The notes beneath the pieces were generated by a model, which saw only the letters and a program-made list of their open reading frames with translations, was not told the DNA's origin and searched no databases. The translations under genes and the position numbers were made by a program. 64,000 nt of DNA from Podarcis gaigeae (taxonomy: Eukaryota). Position 1 is the stretch's first letter. Every line of letters begins with the position of its first letter. This document shows positions 11,001 to 23,000 of the stretch, piece by piece. The stretch lies in NCBI GenBank assembly GCA_964106915.2, contig OZ066917.1; one strand, written 5' to 3'.

Positions 11001-14000
11001 ACAACTACTCATCAAATTTCATGCTTTTCTGAATTTTACAGTGCAGCTCTCCAACCAAAATATGCATACAAAAATGTGTATTGAGAAAGCACAAACAAAA
11101 ATGCTTACGTTAGTGAAGATAACATTAAAAATGTATTACCTATGGGGAAAGTGCTTGCAAAAAATATGTATACTAAGATAACTTATTTCTTGCAAATTAA
11201 AAAAAACACACATGAATGACAACAGAAATCGGCCAAACAGAATTTAAGATTGGAAAAATAAGAAGTCGAAATTGACAGAGTAATACACCCCTATTCCGAG
11301 CCCTACATGAAAGAATACAAACTATCAACTACCCTATACTTCTGCCACATGCATGATGTTTCCAGCTTTGTTTATTTCTCCCTCCACAGCAAATCATGGA
11401 TTTGGCTTTTTTATCACTGGCAAACATGCAAGACAAATAAATGTTTGTCACTTTGCATTTTCATTGTGCTTAACAGTCTTGTTCATTCTGAGCAATCTCC
11501 CCAAAATGGCCTTGATCTTCCCAAAATGAGACAAATGAAAAGTATCTGTCAGAGCAATGGAGAAGCACTGAATTAGTCTGTTCCTCCCAAAAGAATGAAC
11601 GACTTCTGTTGTGAACCTTATAAAGCAGCAGAAATGAACCTTATAAAGCAGCAGAAAGAGAAGGACAGCCCTGGAAAAATATTCCTAGACAGGTTGAACT
11701 TATTGTAGAATGAATGGAAAATATCAGAAGCACAATGTCAAATGTAGAGATCATAATTTAGTCCCCACCCACTTACCCAAATCTCCTAAATTCTTGGGTT
11801 AAAAATAAAGAAGTTTGGTTTGAGGAACCCAGATATCTCCAACATGCTACGGATTCATTCTCAATATAATTCCTAACAGCCTGACAGATATAAGCATTTC
11901 TCTTCTGCTTGTCGTACATTATACCCACTGTTCATAAATTCATTTTAAACAACAAGTGCATTTTAAAATCATCTACTCCAATGTTTTCTTACATTCTGGT
12001 AGTTGAACAACACTTATCTCCTGAATTAAGGTTGATATACATCACCCTTACACCTGAAAAATGTTTACTTCTTTAGAGGTTGAAGGCAGGAGTAACAATT
12101 ATCCCCCTCACTGGAAACTATGCCTTTGTCTCAACAGGGTCATGAAGCCAGGGGTGCTTCTTGGCCAGAAGGGCCAGCTTAGAGCAGCAACTCTTGCAAA
12201 GATGCAGTTGGTAGCCTCCTCTTGAGCTTGAGTAATGCTGCTGAATTTCTGCATGAGGAATGATTGAAAGATCCAATGACATCTGAAGCAGAGATGCAAG
12301 AGGATCACTTGCCAATCAGCAGAGGCTGATTGGAAGGAGGCAAGTCCACAGCAGTGAATCATGCAGAGACCCAGCCAGAGCTTCCTCTGCAAATGAGTAC
12401 TTGGTGCTTGCAAGAGCTTTTTAATTGGTTAATTTATTTCTTGCAGCAGACAGGTAGTTTAGGAATCATCCTATACTTCAGCACTCTACTTTCTAAAACA
12501 AATAGGAAAAGGGTTATGGATCTCACAGCTTTTGCTACATGGCCTGCGGGGAAGATTCATTGTTCCACTCGTTGTCCCACTTTAGTTTTCTTTGGTGCAG
12601 AACAGTGGTCATGCAGCAGCTAAAGCCTTAAAAAGGGTCAGGATGCCTAAAAATTATAGTATTTCTCAAAGAACGAATGACACTTCCTTTTAGCACTATT
12701 AAGCCACCATGCCCATTTCAAATGGATCCATATACCAGGCTGCTTAAATCATTCCTCTGCTGAACACATCCCATAATTTATCACATTTGTGGCAAAGAAG
12801 CTCTCCATAGCAACGTTTACAAGTCTCCTTGGCAACAAAGCAGTTTTTGCTATGGCTCTCCCCATTCCTCCTGATTTTTAAACTCCCTGGAAAAAAGAAT
12901 ACAGAGGCTTGCCTCTCATTTCGGTTTTCGCATTTTCAGGTTGGATGTACCTGGCACCGTTTGGCCCTCTACCACCGCCCCCCCCCCAAAAAAATTATGC
13001 AATTCACTGATAGAGAATTGCTACGCATTTTCAAATGCAGTGGAAATATCCTGGAGGTCAGATGAATCATTGGTTTTAGGAAACTTTCTCTCTGTGCCTC
13101 AGTTCTAAGTCTGCTTCAGTACATGTGGATGCATGGATAAAAATTATTTAAAATGAAATAAATTTGCACCAGTCTGTCTGCAGGCAGCACAATGAACATT
13201 GCTGTAATTTGTTTTGCACCACTGCACCAGAAAAAAACATTCAGAGCGCACTTATGAGAATGAAAATAATTAGCTGATTATTAAGGATGAATCTAGAAAA
13301 CAGAAATTAATACTTTGACCAATCCTATGAGAGGCACTGCTTTTATTCAGACCATTTAAACTTAGCAACCAGACCTAGGAGTTGGGCATTGCAGAAACTT
13401 GACTCAGACTGCCGGCAGGTGTTACAGCCTTTTTTCCTCTATATTAGGCATGTTCTAGGCTGCACTTGAGCAGGCAGATGCTTCGACCTCCCCAGCATTT
13501 TGCTTGCTTGAATGAGACTCTGCCTGAGTGTGGCAGTTCCATATGCACACCACAAAAAGCTCCACTCATATAAATTCACAGTAGCCCAACTACTCTTGCT
13601 GTAGGGAAGGGAAGTATAGACAGTTACCTGCAAACATGCAATCTCTTCCTAGCCTAGACTTTCCCTCTCACCATTTCAGGTCTGCTGCAGTGAGCCAAGT
13701 GGCTGGCCTCTAGCACCACCTGATCCTAGTTGGAAGATGCTTGAGCAATGGCTCTCCAAAGGGTTTACTTGGCCAGCACAACTCTGCACTGAAAAAAGGG
13801 TTCCTATGGAGTTTTTAAAAAACTACCTGGACCTTATAGGTTCCCCGCCCCGCTCACTAATCACTCATGTGGCTGCATGTATGGAGTGGGCCCACAAATG
13901 GGGGGGGGGAGGACCACCTGTGTTCAGGTAATTAGCAGCACTGAGAACCAATGGGGCATCTTACTTCTCCACAGACTTCCTGCTTTGGCAAGAACCTTCC

Positions 14001-17000
14001 CTTGGAGAACTTAAGACATGCCAAAGCCTTTCATGGCCTCAGCTACCGTAATTCCACTTCGGTCAGAGATAAGGAAAATCACCAGTACTCAGTCTTTTAC
14101 TATCACATCTAACTTTGTTTTGCTGGTATTTGGGGGGGAAAGGTGGAGAAAAGAATGCTTTTTACCAGGATTTTTTATTTTTAACTTTTTATTTTTAATA
14201 ATAATAAAAGTTTGCCATGGGTATGTAAGAGCCCCAAAGGAGGCAGCTAACAGTTCCCATAAGGGCCTGAGAACGTTCTGTCCAATCTCAGATCTATAAA
14301 CGAAAAAAGCAAAGCAAAGAAATCTACCAGTCCAGAAGGTAACAGGCAGCAGAATTAAGTGGTAAAGTGGACTATAATATAGCACTTCAGATGGCAAGTG
14401 AGGTTACCATTTGTAAATGCCCGCACCTCACAGGGAAAAAAACCCTAACATAGTAGAGAAAAAGGATCTCAGACCATTGTATTTGAGGGTCTTTTTACAC
14501 ATAGAAAAACCTTCAAAAAAGAAACCTCACCTCACTATAGTCTGTGTACAATCCATTCTGTTGTATGTGTAAACCCCTTTTCCAAGTCACATTGTACATA
14601 AGAAAAGTGAACTCTCAGGACCCATCTTTATGTAGCCAAAAGAACCACCATCCACACACAAGAGGGAGGTATCAAAAGGCTTGTGGAAGCCCCAAGGTGT
14701 GTGGACATACAACAAAAATGTTTAGGGGGCAGGGGAGGAAGGGAATGAAAAACCACCCAAAACAGCCCAACAAGGACAGAGCTTGCTCAATGGCCACAAA
14801 ACAATGAAAGTCTGGCGAGGGGCAGAAAATTGGGGAACAGGCAGAATGGAGACCTTTGGGAGAGACATGGCTGGCTGGAATCCTGAATAGGAATACTCCA
14901 CACTGCAGTGTTTTGTTAAGCTCCCAGCTATGCTACTAAAGATAAAAATGTTATCCAGATTTAAGGCTCTCAAGACTGACTATAAACATGGTAACATTAG
15001 ATGTAAGACACTGATCAACTGAATAACAGCAACTCTCCATGGGAAAAGCTGAACCTGAAAACTTTCTGACCACATCAGGTACTTATGCCAATTGGCATGA
15101 TGAATGTCAGGTGCTTAGGTTCAAAATGCCCTGAAGTACCAAAAACCTAGCACTAAAGGCTTTCTGTTTAGCTGTCTTTACTAGCTGCTGTTGCAAGGAG
15201 CAAAAAGTGAATAGACGTGGCAAACTTTTGTAGTGATGCTGTGAAACCTTTCCGTGCTTTGCAGGCATAGTAACCATAGACATCACCACATCAAAGAAAA
15301 ATGCACTTTTAAACATCTCGTCTACCACATTGGTTTTAATATGTTTATTAATTTTTAAAAACTTTATGCAATCAGCCTTCCTTTACCACCTTCAGACAGC
15401 TTAGTCTACAGCAGTCTCATTTTTTCATTTTGCTGAAATCAATACAGTCGCACCTTGGTTCGCGAACACCTTGCGAGTCAAACGTTTTGGCTCCCGAACG
15501 CCACAAACCCAGAAGTAAGTGTTCTGGTTTGCAAATGTTCTTTGGGACCCGAATGTCCAATGTGGCTTCTGCGGCTTCCGGTTGGCTGCAGGAGCTTCCT
15601 GCAGCCAATCAGAAGCCGTGCTTTTCAAACGTATTGGAAGTCGAATGGACTTCCGGAAGAGATTCTGTTCAGCTTCTGAGGTACCACCATATGTCTATTC
15701 CCTAAGGCCTAAGCAGAACAGAATTGACAAGATTCCAGGCTTTGTGTGTTGAAACTTTTTTGCAAAGCTAAGCCCTGTGATGTGCACAAAACTTTTATTT
15801 TGTAAACACCTTATCAGTCCACACATAAACAAAAATCACAAACTGCCACGCCAAAGTAACTTGAAGTTAATCACATTACATGGAAGTTAAGAACAGAGCT
15901 ATATAGGACAGTCACTGTGGGGATCAACAACCCTATGGCACCTTTGCCTCCCTGCAGAGATAACATATTTACTATGTGCATCAAGATAATCAGGTAGTGA
16001 GTGGTCCTGACCTTCCCCCTTCAATGGCCACCAATTGCCTGGAGGAGAAGCAGGAAGATTCTCCTGATGGCCCTGATGGATGCAGTGAGTACAGCTGAAT
16101 CTAATAGCCGCAGGAAATGAAAACCTTGCCACAGGATGCCGATCCCCTGGCAACAGCAATATGTAATCTGGCTCCAAGACATAGTGTAATCCATTTTATC
16201 AACTATTTGCTTCTTGCACACAGGTGTTCTAAATACAGCAAATTTTAAAGAACTGATAAAATCCTGTTAGTTCACAGCAAACCTAAAAGTGCAGCTACTC
16301 CACCCCTCTCACCTTTTGAAAAGCAAATGAAAATAACAGAAAACATACAATGCCCATTTTTATTTTCAGGGACCCTGTTGTATGTTCCATCCTCAAGAGA
16401 GGCTAGATTGGTGCGTCCAATTGGTGGCACTCGCTCCCTAGTTTTAGGCAGGCTGTAAAAACTGTTTATACTGCCTGGTGTTCATTGGGTTTGAATTCCA
16501 CTCTGATTTTGTTCTGGCCGCTCCTTTAAAAAAAAAAAAAACCCACCCAATAATAAATAATAATAATAGCAACAACTGAAATCTTTGAAATGTTGTTGGT
16601 GTTGTCAATAATAATAAATAATTTTAGTAACAACAACATCCCAAAGATTTCAGTGCCTTTGAAACAATGAAGCCATGAAGAATGAGGCATTCCAATGTCA
16701 ACTTGGAAGAAAAAAATGCCACTGCTGGATAACGTAAAGTGTCAAGTTACGCTCAATCTTACATAAAGCTTGACACTTGCATGCATACAAGAACAGTTGC
16801 AGTGGAGTAAATAACCTGAGTTGTGTTCCTAGATAACCCATTCCAACAGAATTCGTCCTCACGTCTGCACCCGCAGGATCACAGCAACATGGTCTCCCTT
16901 CACAAAACAGATGTTTGCCTCCCCCGCAGCATGATATGCACCCAATCAACCTCCATGTTGAGAGACCTTTTTGTCTCCTTCCTTCTTTTATTCAAACCCT

Positions 17001-20000
17001 GATTTGTCCTTCCCTTCCTTCCTCACACCATTAGTTTCTTGGGCTCCAGCTGCCTTTCAAAAAGACAGCTCTTCCCTTCACCCTACTGCTTGATGAGGAT
17101 GTGTATGAATTGCCCCTCCGCCCACTGTATCAGCTGGGGGAATAGACAGACTGCAACTGCTTTCCTTTTAACTGAACAGCACTTTTGAGTTTTCAGGGCT
17201 CATGGGGAGTGCACTGAAGCACAAGCATTTACTGAAACTGAAGGAAGCCACAAAAAGGAGGAGGAGGAGCAGCAAGCAGAATGGGGCATCAGGTCTCCAG
17301 GTTCAGAAGGAAGCCTAGGATGCCTTCTTCAACTACCTGGACTCTGCTGAGCATAGCTGAGAAGAGAAGACTCTCTTCAAGAGTCTTAGCCTAGCCAAGT
17401 GCTCCCCAACCTTGTTCTGTGCTGGATTAACAGTGTTTATCAAATATAGGCAACAACTGGTTTACACAGGGGTTACGTTCCTGCCTGCCCCCTTTCCCCA
17501 GGCACTTTCAGGTCACTGCAATGCGAGGTTGCACATCAATTGGAAGCACGCAAATCATTGCCTGTAGATCTGGATTTTATAGATGAATATATGAATTTGT
17601 GGCCAACCCATTATGAGATAGCAACTTGTAATTAACATCTCTTATTGACTCAGTTTACCAGCCATGGCAGACCAGCCCCCACAAAGTTACACACACTCTA
17701 AAGAACACCCATTTTTTTTTAGCAAGTTTGTGGGAAGGGAGAAGTAATAGGTTATCACATCTGAAGAGGTTTGGATACACTGAGGCGACAAACCCTCCAA
17801 TCTTTTTGTTCATTGCACACTTACTGCTGCTGAAATCACTAGAAATTAGCAGGCACTTCTTCCATTCTAATGGTGGGAAGAATACAGCCCAAATCAAGAA
17901 CAAACAACCCCCAATTTTAAAAGATAATGGGCAGCTGTTGGGGCACTAGATTGGCTCCACTAGTATGACCAGGCTGCGTTGGCGTCACCACTGCCCAGCT
18001 CCCACATCACCCTGGTAAGCAGCAAGCAGCAGTGCTGGCAGGAGTTCAGAACCACGGTGCTGCCACACCAGCTGGCCCTGTTGATTCATGGCATAGTTTT
18101 ATTCTTTACTGGTCTGATGGAAGTTGACAAGCCTATGAATGGAAATTTTGTGCACAGAACAGTTTGCTGATATGGAGGGAGAGGGCAGGCTTCTACTACA
18201 CAATACAGATCACCACATTGCAGTGGCTTTCTGCAAAAAAAAGCAACAACACACACACACAATGTTAATGTTCACACTCTTCAAATAACTAAATGGAAGG
18301 TTTTCTGATTATATGACTTAACTCAACCCTCCCATTACCTGTCTTCCTTTCTCCCTGCTTAAGACAACAGAGAACCCACACTAAGACCGACGCAACTTTT
18401 AAGCTACACAAACGACGAGCTGCAGTTGACAAATGTTTACATGAAAGAAACTTGTTTTCACTTCTTGTCAAGGGAAACTTAGTGGGCGATATGCAACATT
18501 AGTCATATTCAGAAAAGACCCACTGACATCTACTGTTATCAAATGGTCTACTCTATGACTAATGTTGTATATCACCCAGTAGGTATTGCTATGACTGTGC
18601 AGCAGCTTTTTGGAGCTGAATGCTTTAACATCTACGTACAGTGGTACCTCGGATTAAGTACTTAATTCGTTCCGGAGGTCCGTTCTTAACCTGAAACTGT
18701 TCTTAACCTGAAGCACCACTTTAGCTAATGGAGCCTCCTCCTGCTGCCGCACCGCCGCCAAAGTGTTCTGTTCTCATCCTGAAGCAAAGTTCTTAACCCG
18801 AGGTAATATTTCTGGGTTAGCGGAGCCTGTAACCTGAAGCGTACGTAACCCGAGGTACCACTGTAATGGCATCGCCATGTTTTGCTCTAAATGACTACAG
18901 GAGGCACACAGAAATTTCAAAAAGGCATATAAAACTTTGCTTACATCTGTCATTGTCATTTTGCCCGGCAATGGCATCTTCCAAAGTGACAGACTTAGGT
19001 TTCTTTTCATTATTTCCTTTCAAGTTTTCCCAGTCTGCTTGGTTGAATCTGCAGACCTCCGGGTCTTTGGTTGCTACGTGTCCTTCTCTCTCTTTCATCT
19101 CCAACTCTGAGAAGCGCATCATTGCACGCTAGAAAGAGAATTGATATGGGGGAAAAAGACACCTCACAATAAGAGCTACTTCATTTACCTTACCTTCTAT
19201 GAAAAGTATTTCCAAAAGAAAATATCTGCTCAAACCCAAAGTTTTGAGATACACACAATTCTATATAAAGTTTTAAAATGCCATATGTTCAATATGCAAG
19301 GCATGTAGTATCTATACACAAATAATATATAAAAGTAAATAACATTTTATTTATTTATTTAAGTGTATTAAAAAGCATTGTCTTTTGAGAGGTATAACAA
19401 AGAAACAAAACATAAACTGTACAATGAATAAAGACGACCATGGCCCACAACTTCCCTTTGTGTACTTGGAAATGAAATTTTAACTCANNNNNNNNNNNNN
19501 NNNNNNNNNNNNNNNNNNNNNNNNNNNNNNNNNNNNNNNNNNNNNNNNNNNNNNNNNNNNNNNNNNNNNNNNNNNNNNNNNNNNNNNNNNNNNNNNNNNN
19601 NNNNNNNNNNNNNNNNNNNNNNNNNNNNNNNNNNNTCATCCATTTTTATAAGCATCAACTAATTCTTTCTTTTTTTAACAACGCAAAACAATTTGGCTTA
19701 ACTCATTCTTTCACAAATCTAAAAAATAACCTACAATACTTGCCATCATTCAACGTCAAATTCACTACAGCTTCTATTCCTTTAAGCTACATTTCTGCTT
19801 GGTAAAGAAGTTGCATTAAACCCGCTAACAAATGGCTGCTACTCCTTTTTAATCAAATGTCCTGTATGAAATAATCATCAAAACTTCTGCCTTTCCTTTG
19901 GTATTTAATAGTGCTAGCCAAACACAGGCAAGCTATAGCAAACTACCTTTAAAAACAAACATGTCATGCATTCTTCAGCTTCCTTTCACTACTACATGTT

Positions 20001-23000
20001 ATGCTTATGAGATTAAATTATTTGTTACACCAATTAACTACATATAATTCTTATCTATTAACGCTCCAATACCCCTGGCTTCATAGCAGAACCTGAATAT
20101 ACACAAGATTACCACTGCTAGTTAAGTTCAAGATAGACTTATAGAGTTGTACATATTTCATTCTCAACTGTGAACTGTGTTTTTTTAAAAAACTGCTTTG
20201 GTAGTTAAGCCTCAGAACTCACCTGCAGAGCCCGCTGTTCTCGACTAAGTTGGCTAGAATCTGCATACAGTTCTGTCGTAACACACTTGAATCGATCACC
20301 TACGTAACCAGCAGAGTTTGCGATTCTCTTTGCCAGGTTAGATGGCTTAGGTTTCAGGAATTTGCCGTCATTAGGTTCCGCGCCCTCAGTTCCCTCTTTG
20401 GCATATGCCTGACTGACTTCCATACTTGACTGCGTGTTTCCCATACAAAGCTGTTTAGCATCATCTGGCATTTTGCAAAAGGACATAGCTAGGCCATCGT
20501 TTCCGTGAGCAGCCTCCAAGAACACCGAGGAAGTGGGAACCGTTAACCTCTCTCTATTCTGGCTCAAGGAAAGGTCCTCTTTCCTTAAGTTGAACATTGA
20601 TGGGTGTGGGCTCTGGGCTTGCTTGAAGTTATAAACTTCATGGAAATTGCTTCTCCCACAGTCTTCCCTCATCACAATGAAATCTCTGTGGGGGAAGCCT
20701 TGTTCTACCTTGTGCTTTGTGGGGTCGCTTGCTTGATTACTGCTTTCAACAGGAAAGCTAGGTTTCGTCAGGTTCGTTTCACCTTTCACATCTTGCTCCT
20801 CTCTCGGTTCTGCAAACAGATGCTTGTCACTTTTGGTAGTATTTTTACCATGACTTGAACTTTGGTGCAATTTTGCATTTCTGTCTGCAGGTACTTCAAA
20901 ATGTAGTTTTGTGCTGGTTTCCAGCATCTCGGGCAATCGGTTTCTCAAGGCAGGGTCTTCATAACGGAGCCGTTCATGCGATCTAGACCTCCTTTCCGAT
21001 TTCTCATCTTTCAGCTCCAAAGCTGTATGGGGTAACAGCATTGGGTGTACCATACCCATACCCAAAGCATCCTGGTAGGTCATGAACTCACCTCTGCTGG
21101 CTGGCAGGCTGTATGGAATGGTAGGTTTGGGAGCTAGATGTCCAGGGAAAAGACTCCCATTGGGTAACAGAACAGGGTGAGGATATACAGGTCCTTTCCC
21201 ATGTAGAGACAAAGGGCCTATAGCTAAGCCTTCTGGAACTGGATATGGGAGATAGCTTCTCGGATAGGGCAATGGTGGAGATCGGAATGCATCATTCGAA
21301 GGGAAAAATATGGAAGTTGGTGCAAGGGTGTTCTCATTTGCTTTGAAGATAGGTTCTGGATTATTGCATTTAGCTGCCTTATTACTATGCTTTGAAGACG
21401 CTGCTGCTAAAGGTTGTCCTATGTGCTGTATGACAGATGCAGTGGTCTCTACTGAGCTAGTCGTCTTAGGGCAATCAACATTGGCATTTGGAGCAGGAGA
21501 AGCAGATGCTGGGCGACCTCCGCTTGATACAGACCCTGAAATATTACTGACAACTGCTTCTGTACCCCCCATCCTAGGGCAAGAAGAACTCCGCTGTTGT
21601 GGCGTCACCCAGTCCAATGCTTTGTTTTTCAACTGCATGTTTTTACCACCGTTATCTTCATTGGGACCTGGACCAGGAACAACCCAGGAGGAAGGCGCCG
21701 TGCTGATTATTTCAGGTCTATAGACAGGGCAACCGCTTCCAGGAGAAATGGTTTCTTTTGGAAGATCACCTCCAGGTAAAACCAAGCCACTTCCGGCCCT
21801 GCTATGAACCAGCACAGTTGGCGCCATTTTCTTAACGTGATCAGATTTGGTTGTCTCCATGTCAACAACTTTTGATGACAAATCCAATGGTTTGTCTATA
21901 ATCTCTTTGGTAACAGTTTGTTGTTTTTCTAACAGTGGAGGGGATCTGCTGTCCTTCCTGTCGTGACCTGTTTTCCTTGCATGCACTGTAGGCTGCTGAG
22001 AGATTTCGCCTGTGTCGTGTGTTTTAGGAGCTTTCCCCCCAGAGACTCTTGGAGGAAACTCATTGCTTACATTCACGTATGGCTTTGGGAGTGTAACTGA
22101 AGAAGGTGACGTCGAAATCCTGGAAAAGTGTTTCTGAAACTCCGAGTAAGCGTCCCCAACCTGCGTCGGGAGGTGAACTCTAGGTGATGGTCTCGGTGAA
22201 TGAGACAAGAGAACAGTGGGGTCTGTTGGCATATTACTAGCCGCTGGCTTTGCAGATGGGACTCTGGGAGGCTTGCTATTCTGGATATGTGGATAGGCAT
22301 GAGAGTCCACAGGAGTTCCGGGACCGACTCCCATCTTCCAAGACAAGCTCTTTTCTGGACAGTGTCCTAGAGGGGGAATAGCTGGAGCTGCGGTTGCAGC
22401 AGAGATCCTCATTGGTGAAGCTAATGATGACGGAATGTGGGGAGCAACGTAATGAGAAGGTGGCAAGTATAAAAAACGTTCACCATTTGTACATACGGGC
22501 GAGTAGGTCAGATGCTGTGGCAAGCTGTAATTGGACTGCTGAGGTAGCAAGGCCTTATACATGTTCAACGAATACTTATTTGGTGATTCGAGAAAAGGAT
22601 AAATAGCACCCTCCATGTAAGGATTTACCCAGGGTAGCCTTAGGTAACTAGCACCATTGACATTGAGAGGACTCGGTTTGTCGCTTGAGCTTCTGTCCAA
22701 GCCTAAGGTCTCCCCAGTTGGAAGCGAACTTTTTTGTATTCCAGGTGGCGTTTTGTACATAGCACTGAAGCCATTTGGGGGTTTTCCAGCTGCATTTTCA
22801 ATTGCTTCAGTGGGATTAGACTTGAACTGCATCTCTGGATTTCTTTCAGGAGCAAATCCAAGGCCAGCAATAGCACTTGTAGCGTCCCGGGGCTTGTCTG
22901 AGCCAAGTCCACATAAACTGGAATAGACAATACTGCTGGGGACTCTAAGCCCTTCCCGCATAAGTCCAGACCGGTCCATGCTCAGAGCTGCAAGGCTGTC

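Noticed and set aside
12108-12420. Coding-looking stretch in intron 6 (possible retrocopy)
   Set aside because: No frame gives a protein I recognise; no poly(A) tail or TSD; probably an old TE. BLASTX would settle it.
19355-19639. ORF with poly-X
   Set aside because: Artefact of the N gap.
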